Shown in pieces: positions 1 through 11,700 of a stretch of DNA of 64,000 bases. Origin of the DNA: Phoronis australis (Eukaryota > Animalia > Phoronida). The DNA lies in the NCBI GenBank assembly GCA_002633005.1, contig NMRA01000149.1, positions 440,192 to 504,191 on the forward strand, in the 5' to 3' direction. Made by a program: the position numbers and the translations under genes. Every line of letters starts with the position of its first letter. The first letter of the stretch is position 1. The notes under the pieces are model-generated. The model ran no database searches and had not been told where the DNA came from. It was given only the letters and a program-made list of their open reading frames with translations.

Positions 1-58
1 CCTATTTTTAATGTGATGCTTTTGGTAAGTGTTTTGCATTCATATCATATTTTTATAG

Positions 59-784
59 GAACGTCAACAGTTGCGTGAGATGGAGGCTGTGCGCGATGCT
101 GAGGAACGCGCCATCCGTGAAGATATGCGTCGCAAGGAGGAGCAGTCTCGGCAGCTGTATCAGTATCACACGTATCAAAATATTGACAACAAGGGAAGCA
201 TAGCTCCACCCCCTCCTGAACGCAAATCTTCATATGACCTTGTCAATCAACATGGCTATCGTGCTGGTCCAACATCCCCGTCTTCATCGACCCTTCCAAG
301 ACCAGATCCATCAAAAAAGAGTGTATCGTTCAATGCCGCTGTAGATCCAGACTCTGCTGTGTACAACAATGTACCCCCCACTGGCCAACAACCAGGTCAA
401 CCGCAGCCGTATAATTACATGGCCACCAATAACAACAACACAGACTCGCGCTATGAGTTTAAAGGTCAGTCAGCCCCTCCTCCAGGGCCGCAGACAGCTC
501 CCTCTAAGGACAGGTTTGAGTCTCCAAGCTCCCAGCAGGTCAATGTCCAGTACACAACTTCATCAACGCCTGGGGTGATTGGTGCTCAGGAGATTTATCG
601 CGACCCGCGGATGCGTATTGAGGCTCGACGGAGGTCAGAGAACAAACCAGAGCAGGTTGAGAAAATGTCATTCAAGGACAAAATGAAATTGTTTGCACAG
701 GAGGCAGGTGAGGGTACTCCTAAGGAAAGACCAAAAAGTTCAAGTCTACAGCGAGCAATCGAGTACTCACTAAATGGTCAGTAA
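59..784 (+). CDS. AFDN: Terminal coding exon of afadin (AF-6/canoe); upstream exons lie outside the window
   Basis: Acceptor ttttatag|GAA at 58/59 (phase 0), open to TAA 782-784. Translation has PPPPERKSSY, KKSVSF, TPGVIGAQEIYRDPR and EKMSFKDKMKLFA, motifs I recognise from the afadin/canoe C-terminus. Confidence 0.85.
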   Translation, partial: ERQQLREMEAVRDAEERAIREDMRRKEEQSRQLYQYHTYQNIDNKGSIAPPPPERKSSYDLVNQHGYRAGPTSPSSSTLPRPDPSKKSVSFNAAVDPDSAVYNNVPPTGQQPGQPQPYNYMATNNNNTDSRYEFKGQSAPPPGPQTAPSKDRFESPSSQQVNVQYTTSSTPGVIGAQEIYRDPRMRIEARRRSENKPEQVEKMSFKDKMKLFAQEAGEGTPKERPKSSSLQRAIEYSLNGQ

Positions 785-2078
785 TGCTGCATCTAATATT
801 CAGTGATTGTCCAGTGAAAGAGATCACTGGATGGGCAGCAAAGTGTTAAATCATTTAACACTCCAAAGGAATGGTTACCTGTCCATTGCAAGTTCATGAG
901 CAAGCAATTGCTCTGTATAACGAAAGCAATAACAATTGATTCTTCAGAAAAATCAAACACGTGGACATTATTGGGATAGGAGAGCTATGAACTTTGATTA
1001 TTGATACAACTTTTATGCATCTTAGCTGTTTTGGTAATTGTGGTGCAGTGTCATCGTAAGCTATGCAAGATGTTCTTTGAATGTTTTTATTTTGTCATTT
1101 AACCAGTTTTAGCATGACTGTAGCTGATTTTATGGTATTCATCGTTTTTGTCATTTTGGTATTAAAACATGTAGAGCAGCTGTGTTGAATTATTTTGGTT
1201 TATTTTGAACTATAGAGGTTTGTGTGTTAAGGGCACTGAAAAGCAATGTGTTAGTTATGGATCACTCGTAAGCTACAGTGGTTATGGCATTGTATGTCAG
1301 TGGTCAGATCTGGTTGTAAAGGCATTGTTATGTAGGTCGGTGGTCAGATCTGGTGGTTACAGAAAGGTGGTCTAGATCAGTTGTCAGGTGTGGTGGTTAT
1401 GACGTGATATTCATGAGTGGTCAGATCTTTTACATCCTGCATATGCCCTTCAAAATGTCTTTACTTGTTCATGCTGTTGGTTTTGTCGTGTTTCCGTGAC
1501 AGATTGCCCTGTCTGAATGTTTAGTCTAACAAGTATATTTTGCTTTTAACTTTTAAAACATGAAGCGAAGTGAACAGTTACAACCATATATGTGCTTCTC
1601 GTTTCAAAGTCTTCTAGCAAAATTGGCAGCTCTGGAGCATGTTGCTGCTTAGCTTGTGTTAAATTTAAACCCTGTTCCCATTCGTACATATCAATGATGA
1701 ATTGTGTCCAGAATGCCTGTTAATTGTTATTATTGAGAGTCCAGCATGAATTATTACATTGTATGTTATGTTATCTTATGTTACATTTATTGTAATTGGT
1801 CAAATAGATGTTGACTTAAACGTTCATATGTAAATTCATTTAACTAACTTTGGTGGTACTGTTTTCATTTTTGGAAGTCAACGTGGGTCAGTGAACAGTT
1901 TTTAAGAAAATTGCACTGTAGGATTTTTGTATCATGTGAACACCTGAGTGTTAAATTGTGTAAGCGGTATTTTTGTATTTTATCTACTTTCTAAATTATA
2001 CACCTACTCACTTGTGAAGGTTCCTCGTGGAGAACTCTGAATTTCTGTATTATACACACACTCATAGAATTAACCTAT

Positions 2079-2084
2079 AATAAA
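2079..2084 (+). promoter_or_regulatory. Candidate afadin polyadenylation signal (AATAAA)
   Basis: AATAAA followed about 20 nt later by a GT/T-rich tract (ttggttttgtttgcttc), about 1.3 kb after the stop codon. Confidence 0.5.
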
Positions 2085-2430
2085 ATATAAAATATTTACA
2101 CGATTGGTTTTGTTTGCTTCTGGATTTCATTAAGAAAAGTGTTATTTTCAACTTCATTCGAAAGTTTTCACTTTTTTACAATACTAACTCATTTCTAAGC
2201 TGTCATGAATTGGATACAGAGTGTTAAAAAATCATCGTCCACTAAACACCAGCTGTAAAGCCAAAGATGATTCAATTTTTCTAAGCGGCAATACTTGGGC
2301 AAACATCAAAAGATTACAATTTGGCATTTATACTTACAAGACCAGAGAAACATTGTAGTATTTAATATGTAAATTCCATTACATTCATTTACAAATCAAA
2401 ACAGGAGACCAAACACCACAATAAAACTGC

Positions 2431-2436
2431 TTTATT
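2431..2436 (-). promoter_or_regulatory. Candidate RMI1 polyadenylation signal (AATAAA on - strand)
   Basis: tttatt on the + strand, about 135 nt downstream of the RMI1 stop codon. Confidence 0.5.
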
Positions 2437-2571
2437 AACTGGCAAATCATTGTGCGTGACCACAAGCACTTGTCCTACAATTTTAAACTTGCACCAAATG
2501 TGCAATGTTAGATATGATCTTTACCAGTTGACAGATGGATAAATTTCACTTCTTTTCATGACACGTAGTCG

Positions 2572-2739
2572 TCAATCCCCAGAGCAGGAACTCATTCGTA
2601 TTCGGTTTTTCAGCAATACCAATGTCTGTTGTGTGACAGGGTGCCTAGCAACAACAGTTGGCATGACAATACTTGGTTTAAATTCAAGCTCCATAATACA
2701 GGCCAACTGAGTTAGGGTCTTCTGGCAGCTCTGTATGCC
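2572..2739 (-). CDS. RMI1: RMI1 terminal coding exon 12 ([23 protein letters not shown]...[13 protein letters not shown])
   Basis: tatttctag|GGC, TGA at 2574-2572; matches the RMI1 C-terminus. Confidence 0.92.
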   Translation of the reverse strand, partial: GIQSCQKTLTQLACIMELEFKPSIVMPTVVARHPVTQQTLVLLKNRIRMSSCSGD

Positions 2740-5700
2740 CTAGAAATAGAAATTGCATAATATCTAACTGTAATCATTACCTCCCAGCACAAAGCAATTG
2801 AATAAGACGACATAAAATCTAATTATGGGCTACCTTTCTTTAAAGTGTAATTTGCAAGGTCCAAGTATGTTAAATTGCAATATCTTCAAGGTATTGCTAT
2901 TTGGATGTATTTTATTTAAATCATCGTATTATTGTATCTTTAGTTATTTAAAAAAAGCGAAAATAAGAAAATGTGCGAAAAGTTGACCTTTGACACCGTG
3001 ACATGGTGTTGGGGAACACAAACCAGATCATATCCCACAATGCACTTCACTGCTATTATATCACAGTACACGAAGAACAAAGACCGTTCAACCTTGGCGT
3101 GTTTTAGCCATGGTGGCATCGGTGTGTGTGTGCTAACTATTTTAACACCACCCAGGTGGAAGGCATGAGCCCCTTTAAATTCTAAAAAGACAAGCATCTG
3201 GCTGCGTAATGGCATTTGTGCTCTGCTCGTCTTTTGAAAATGACTGTCGAGTCAGCCATCTGTCGGAGCCGAAATATGCTCCGACCATTTTGAGGACGGC
3301 TGCTTTGACGACAAACACATCATGAAGGTTGAAGCTGGTCTTATAAAATGGTAAGTTACCTTGAGAATTTTGATGTCTAATAATTCATGACGCTTTCGCA
3401 CGGCCTGAACAATAACAATCTTTTTTCACAATCACCGTAGTTCTCAAGTGTTTAATCTGTTGTTTTTCCGTGAAAGATTTAGTTATAAATGGATCAGTAA
3501 AACTAAAAGCCACAAATAAAGCTGATCTCAAAAGATGCATGTATTTTGAAAAGAATGCACACTATGAATAAAGTAAAACAGGATGTTAACTCAATTCCAA
3601 GGTTTTGATTATTAAAGTAGTCTGTTTCAAAAAAAACAGGATTAAAATCTAGTTTTGGCATTTGCTTGAAGGTTATAAAAGAAGGCGAAAACTTGCAATT
3701 AGACATCATCGTGTTTTACTTTAATCATGGACAACTCTGGATTCAAAATGTTTTTTTGATTTTGAATTGCCGCTGTTGTGCTTTTCAGAGTATGTAAATG
3801 AAAGGAGAACACCTTCCACTTAGTGCGGAATAAAAGAGAAGCTGGAGATCTTGAAATTCGCTTAAAAATTGATGCCCCTCCAATGCCGACTGCTGGTGCT
3901 CCAGATGTGTCCAAGGAGGATGCCGTGGCACAGTGATATACTATGCTCTGGTATATTGAAACTAGTGGCAGATTTAGAAGGGGGGCCATGCCCCCCTTAA
4001 AATTCTCCCAGATTCCATTTGACTGTTTGGGGGTGTGAATGTCTGACGGGCAAAATCCTGGCTAATACCGTGCCCTGCAACTCGTTTGAATTACATAAAA
4101 CTAGTCCCCGAGTCACAAGTTTTTATAACAGAATACATAGGTCATGTGGAGGAGTTGCAATTCCAGGGCTAAGACAACTGTTGATATCTATCAATGGGTG
4201 AAACTTTTAAGAAAATCCTTGGAACTCAAAGTCTTCCTCATTTCCTGGCGGAGGGTAGAAAGCTCTGATGCAGGCTACTGCGCATGCTGGAATGACAACA
4301 CGGACTGTTCGTCCTAAGTGACCGTATACCCATCTTTGGAACTGTCTGTAGGCCACATGTCAAATCCTTTTATCCAAGGGTCTGTCATAGCCATCAGGAT
4401 ATTGGCTTTTGTACTGCAACCATGCAGTCTCCAAAGCACCACGATTGATGTATACAGGTTTAAACCCCCATGCTCCACAATACATTTTTTCTTCTGTGTT
4501 AGTTGTCACGCTTCATTTCTTCATCAAGTTTTGCAACAACCTTGTCAACCTCTTGGCAACATACTCTTTCTCCAACAACTGAGGTTGTCTGACAGTTGCC
4601 CCAGGTGCACCTGCAAGATGTGTCAAAAATAATACATTATTTCAGTAAACATCAAAATTTCGAATTGAAAAATTTACCAAGAGTGCCTCTACCAAATTGA
4701 GGGGTCTGCATACGACTTCAGTTTTCAGGAAAATTGGTTGGAACATCACACCCTATTTATTTTATGTACAAACTGATCATATATAGAAAAGATATTTACT
4801 TTTCATACAAATGAATAGTGCTACACCCAAGGAAGTGGTAGATCATGCCCGGGGGATATAGTAATGGACATTAGTTGTTTGATTTTTTAGCTGACCCTAA
4901 GACAAAAGGTAATTGCCCTAATTCATTGATGGAGGGGACTGTTTTGTATGTAGTCGTGAGACCTGTTCTCCCAATATGAATCCTATCGGCACCCGCATAC
5001 CATTAATCAAACTAGACAATGACAATGGGGCAAACCAACTTGAAAAGCAGTGTTGCCACTCAAAGGGTCGCCCATATTTTAAATACTACAGTATACATTA
5101 AAACTTCTTGATATGCTATATGGGCAATCACCAATCCAATGGTATGCTCTCTTTACTCTATAGAAACTTTACCAGGCGGTTCCTACCCAAGTCGACTCGT
5201 AACCAAGCCATGTACCATATTTCATTTATAAATAATGGCAACATTGGGTCAATGTACATCGACATGAAATGGTTGTTTCCATTTCAAGCATCGACTTACA
5301 AAATAAAACTGTTTTGGAACACATGTGTAGATTGATATAGGTCCGAGTTGACTTGAGTACGAAAATGAAATGACTTGTTCTATAACCTATAGAATTATGC
5401 CCTCCCCCAGCATCAAGGTGAGAAAGTCTAAATTATAAAATTGGAATTCTTTCATCCTCTTCTTTACAATTCACAGTCGATTATTCCAAAGTGGTTCTCA
5501 TTCATTCCCTTGCATACATTTATGCACTCACTAGTAACCCCCGCTCAGTCTCCGACAATTTTGTTCAATGCTCAATTGCATGCCAGTGAAACCCAGGATT
5601 CGAACCCGAGTCTCACGAACTCAAACCACTGAGCCACACTGTCTACAAAAAATCAGAAACCTAACATTGTTTGAGTGACTTGCTAAAATGCAAAAAAAAT

Positions 5701-8700
5701 CCCAGTTTTATCTCTGAAACTGGTATTTATCCACGGCTGAAACACGATTCACCAATGGGGATATGGGCGCCTGGGACTGACTGGTAAAGCACCTACTTTT
5801 GAATTAAAAAAGACCAAGTTATAATTCGCGGTTGTAGGTTACATATTGATAATATTCTTACCAATCACTAACATCTAATCGCAACTCCTGCGCACCTTCA
5901 GCCTGTTGACGTTCACAGGACGAACCCGCTGGGAGTGAGTCTTCGGCGACCAGAGAAAGGGCCGTGAAAGGGATCGAGGGAGAACGGCTCCACTACAGAA
6001 AACCTGTGAACACATATTGTTCCTCTGGGATCTGTCACCTCTACCTCTACGTCCGAAAGGTCGGAATCATCTGAAAAGTCCACCTGTCCGTCCCTGTATC
6101 GTTCAAAGTATTCCTCATCTACGCTGCTGTACTCACTTGGACACACATTGCTTCCTTTGTGTTCCCCAACACCACGTCACAGATGTGTAACAAACGAAAA
6201 TGCAATTTCCTCTTTAATACAGCATTAGGACAAATAGTTTGCTAAATTTGAGCAAGACTGATAAAGCTTAAAACAATACGTCACACTTGATATTTTCTCC
6301 AAGCTTGAATTTCCTGTCTACCTTAACATTTGCTTGATTATATTGAAACAGACTGATGGGTAAGGTAAAACAGGCTTCTCAAACAATTGAAAAAGCTTGT
6401 TGGGCCATGATCTTTGTCAACATTGAATTCAAAGCTTGGATAGCCTTTCATCTTGGTAACCATTGCTCAGGACATGGAATTTTTGGAGTGTTCTGAAACC
6501 CCCACGTCCCCCTCGACCCACAACCCCCTCAACCCACAACCCCCTCGACCCAGTCTATACAAGCTCAACTCGATTTCAACATAGAACAAGCGCTGACTTG
6601 CAGGACCAAAGAGTCTGACTATGCGGTCGTCTGGCTTTTCCCTGTTTTTTGCAATTAAGAGAGTCGATTCGGCTACTTTGAAAGCCAAAAACAGAAAAAT
6701 GTGACCTGTTTTTTATCTCTTTTTATCATTATTTTGACTTTATTCATGCGAAAACCTTTATTTCACTTAAATTTTGCAACACCAAAAATATTTCTACCAC
6801 ACAACCCCATTTATTTGTGGACGGTACATCGTCTGAAAAAATTTCATTGATCATTCCAAGCCCTGATTGTTATGCATTGCTTGAATAACGACGATCAAAA
6901 TAATCACATCCCATGGTCTACAGCTTGTGCGCTACCCTCAACAGCACTAAAACAAAGACGTCTATCACTTTACCAGAAATGTAGTGTGAACTTAGAATGC
7001 CATCTTGAATAAGATAGGCCCAAAAGCTTGAAAAATATTGACCAAGTTTGATAATATCGGAAAAGCTTGAATAATATTGACCAAGTTTGATAATATCGAA
7101 AAAGCTTGAATTATATTGACCAACTTTGTATAAGGTTGTTAATTTTACCTGTAAGGAATATTCATTCTTGATGAATTGAATGTTGTAAGCAACCTTTCAT
7201 AACAATACTGCAACATTTAGTAAAACACTACTGAGACACTATCAGAGTCATAACAGTAATGGGAAATTCCTATAAATAGGTAAAAAATACTTTTTCTGAC
7301 TTGTCAAATTAATAATTTCTAGCCACCATTTTGATTGGCACTCTAGTATTTCCAAAAAGCCTTTCTGACTAAAAATGATAATTTCTGAAGACTAATGTCA
7401 AACTTGGATTAAGGGCATCTGACCGTTGACATTGCTGACCTTTGACATCGTAGTCCTGGCTTCCTGGTCATGTTTTCCCTGCTGCTTCAAAATCTGAAAT
7501 AAAGTTAATGCAAAATCTTTTACTATACAACAGCACATCACAACTAAGCTAAATACTGCAGATATATAAGGTCATTACAACAAGCACAGTCAAATGTAAT
7601 CGGATAACATTCTAATTCCCCATCACACAGGCTAATTATTTTTAAAGCAAAAATGATTGGTAGTAAATTATCATTTGAGCGAACTCCAAAAAATAGAACA
7701 GTTTTCATCTTGTTTGTGTTCCAGTAAACTGCGTAATTTCCAGTCATGACAGACTCTCTGACTGTGAATTTCACTTGCCCTCAGCAGTCAAGATTGGGAA
7801 TTCCCGGTCATTTCATAACATTATTAATCAGCAGGACCTGAGTTGTAAGAGCATTAAAAAAGGTTTTGTAACTACTTTCACATAACATTTTATTTTGATG
7901 TTTTACACTTTTCAAATGTAAAAATCTATCATTTTTAAAGTTACACATTTTCGTGCAAGTTACCAATGAATTTGATGAAAAATGACAAAATGTTGAAATT
8001 TAGACGGTTTGTGCACAACACATCATTATAAATAAAAGATTGCCAATAGGTGTTTTAACTGACATTTTAACACTGTTAGGCACATTAAACAAACAAAATA
8101 GGTCAAAATAATGGTAAGAGTAAGATTTTTGAAAAAAAAAATGTTAAAATAAGCTCCGTCAAAAGTTACAATTTGCCATTTAGTGGTAGAGTATGAAACT
8201 AGCTTTAATAACAAATAGCAGTGAGACCATTTGATGTTTATACTAAACAAGAGATGTATTTATTAGGTTGTCAAGCTGTTTCAACTGAATGAGTAAGAGG
8301 GTGGAGACATTTTGTTTACAATGACAAAATAGTATCTGTGAGGCAAAGAGCAGGTATTGTTAAGACAAAGAGCAGGCCTCAAGTCTAAATTAATTTTTGT
8401 CGCCTTTTACCAGAGATGTTGACCCCATATTACCAGGGTCAAAGAAAGGTATCTATTGTCAACAGAAAAATTCAACTTCATCAAACTCTGACCCCCCGGT
8501 CTGCAACAATTCTCTCCTCTCGCCTCTTAGTCTTTTTCCACATTTAGCTAAAAGTCGTTTTAGAAACGCACGTGAAACAATTTGGGCAAGTCCCATGAAA
8601 ATATAATGCAACACAGAGAACAAATCTACTATTTTATGTTCATGGTAACTTACCTTACAACCAGCTGCAGTGAACCCAATCATTTCAGTGAGAATCTGGA

Positions 8701-11700
8701 ATATAAACAAAGAGATCTTATTAACATAGTGATTTGAATCAAGAAAAGTAAAAAGAAATTGGGAAATCATTCAATGGTCACTAGCAGGAATTAAGACTAC
8801 AATTTTCTACAAATATAAATTTCCTGTCAGTAAAAACGACGGATTTAAACCAGCTTGACATGTTTTGGCATTTATTGAAACACCATCATCAGAAGAAAAA
8901 ACAGTGGCCACTTTGCTAGGCTCAACAACAAGTAATGATACACAGACACGGTCAGTTACATGTTTATCATTACTTATTGTTGGGCCTAGCAAGGTGGCCA
9001 CTGTTTTTTCTTCTGATGATGGTATTTCAATAAACGCCGAAACATGTCAAGCTGATTTAAATTCATCTTTGTTTTTATTAACATATGCTGCTACTTGCTA
9101 TCATGGAAAAAATTCCTGTTGTAACACACAAAACTTAATGAGAAAGCACCATGAATAAGCTTGCATTAAAATTTAAGTAGGGTGCCTCTCCAGAACGGTA
9201 TTGAGGAGCACGGAGGCTGTATATTAGTATAGGTGCCGGGCTCTATGGTCAATTTTAGCAGGGCCCTATATTAATGTAGGGGGACACAGTCTCTGCCCGC
9301 CTTTGGCTGGGGCTCCTATGTTAATATAAGGGGGCCCACATGAAGGTGACTGAAATTCACGCCCCCCAAAATTAGAGTGCTTTGGCTACATGTTGAATGT
9401 GAACATATGAGGTCAGCATTCTTATGTCACAGTGCTGACCTACATTTTCACATAATGTCACATGAATGGTTACAATGTGAAAACAGCTGAACTTGCGTAA
9501 GTGCACAACGTCTGTTTCAAGTGACGATTTATCGTAAAAGATAATTAAATTCATGCAACTTTTTAATATTTTTAGAAAGTTTAGTCACCTAGGAGATGGC
9601 GTAGTTTAGTGCGAGTGTTTTTAATACTCGGTTGAATGTTTGAAATATGACCTTTGTTCTGAGGAATTGCCGATTCTTCTCAGAAAATCCACAGTAATTG
9701 GGTGGTAATGGGTAACTCAAGTGACAAAAATCTAAATTGGGAATCCAAAAAAAGGGGTTGGGGGTAATCTGAGTATGGGCGCTTAAAAATGAAAAATTGA
9801 AAATTTCAGGGGTGGGCGGTAACTGAGAGAAACAAATTAAAAAAATTTTCTGCATTTTTTGCTTACCGTAAACGTTCGGGTTAACGCCCTGGGCGGTTAA
9901 ATTGGTAAACCAAAAAAATGGGGGGTGGGCAGTTAACCAAACATGGGCACTTAAACGTGAAATTTCAAGAAATCCAGGATGGGCGGTTAACTGAGCACGG
10001 GCGTTAACCCAAACATTTACGGTAAAATCCCTTTTGGTGTCAGATAAAATAATGGTAAGAATTTTTACAAGTGGGATTTTGATTGTTTTTACCAGGGGCA
10101 GAATGTAATTACGACCCCTCCCTCAGGTAGACACTTCCTTCCTGAACTTACACCCCTCTTCCGGCACTGTGGCCTCTCTGGTGACTCACAAGTTGAATGT
10201 GAAGCAGAAGCTCTCTGTTGGAACATAACGCTTACGCATGCGTGAACCTGTGACCTCTGGTCATACACACGTTTGCATTTGCGTTCAATGGATAGATGAA
10301 GCTCTCTATTGGAACATAATGCTTACGCAAGCGTGAACCTGTGACCTCTGGCCATACACACATTTGCATTTGCGTTCAATGGACAGATGAAGCTCTCTAT
10401 TGACACTTTCAGTCTTGAAACTGAATTTCTTGCCCACATCATTTTAATAAGAAAAATTCATTAAACATAATAAGCTGTTTGACATGCTCCTATACAAGCA
10501 AAGCAGATTTGCATAATGCAAATCACACTATCCAAGTGGATTTAGTTCACAGCTCTTAGTTTTTTCATCTGACCTCATTTCCCATGGTCACATCACAAGC
10601 CGCAGTCCCATCATTAATCTTCACATCCAGAGACCATCGACTGAAGTTGCCATGATCAAGTTTGGTCAGAAGCGTGGAGATGTAAGCCTAAAAGAGCAGT
10701 TTTGTATAAAGCAACTTCCAAGATATATATACCTTTACAGCAAGGCTCCAGGTTCATTCAAAACAACTTCCATACCTTTACAACAAGGCTCCAGGTTCAT
10801 TCAAAGCGATCTTCCTTGCAGGGTTATTAACTACAGAAAGAAAACATTTATTATAGAGAACAGTGCACGATTTGAGAAAAACAAGGAAATTTGTGGAGAG
10901 AAAATTATCACGATAAAATCATTTTTTCTGTGATGTTCCTACAGATATCTGTACCTGTTTTCGGTGTTATAAAGACTGACGATTTAATATAAATTGACCA
11001 AAAATGTCTGCTCACCTGTAAACAGACCACAATTAGGTGGATTGGGTTATTTCTTTCTATTAATAGTTAATGCTTACTTTTGTTAACAAAGATCACATTT
11101 CTTAAAAATATTAAGTGTGAATAGTAAACACAAAAAACTGATTTTTAAAAATCTTTGATGGCAACAGACTGAATCTGATGTACACAAAAGGAATGTATAG
11201 ATGATTGTGATTTTCTCAAAAATCTTAGATTTTTCACCCAGATCAGCACATTTTCTGCAAACATAAATCAAATTTTTGCATGAAAAATTTCATATTTGTG
11301 GAAATAGCAGCAATCTACATGAAAAATCAAAAAAAAATGCAAAAATGCGGTCACATAATTACAAAACATCTGTGACTGTCAAGTATTTTAAAAATTTATA
11401 GTTTTATGGGTTTACAGTTAATACTTACGATTATGTATGACCATAGAAAAATTTGGGTAACTTTGGAACATCAAATTTCAGAAACAGCTCATCGCATTTA
11501 TGAGATTTCTAGACACTATGGTTTATGCACTGTTCTCAAAGAATTTCTTGGAATTGTTTTTATAGTGTTACAATTTTTGCTTTAGGGACTATCAAGAAAA
11601 TAGGGCTTTTATGATTTTTATCAAAAAAGCTGCATACAACAAAAATAAAATAACTTTAAAACTGTAACAGCATCCCTGAGATTTCATCTTGAACATTTAT

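Larger units (their letters stand above)
2844..6213. mobile_element. Kolobok-superfamily DNA transposon relic (non-autonomous) in the last RMI1 intron
   Basis: TTAA at 2840-2843 and 6214-6217. Termini AGTGTAATTTGCA versus revcomp AGAGGAAATTGCA (10/13). A 24/25 subterminal inverted repeat at 2998-3022 and 6156-6180. Convergent THAP and KolX/P2X7-like pseudogenes inside. Confidence 0.85.

Noticed and set aside
5581-5640. tRNA gene (also near 12490 and 56400-56465)
   Set aside because: Pol III boxes are present but no acceptor or anticodon stems can be formed; better explained as SINE heads.
8807-9158. Overlapping ORFs with similar peptides on opposite strands
   Set aside because: A consequence of the fold-back repeat, not coding.
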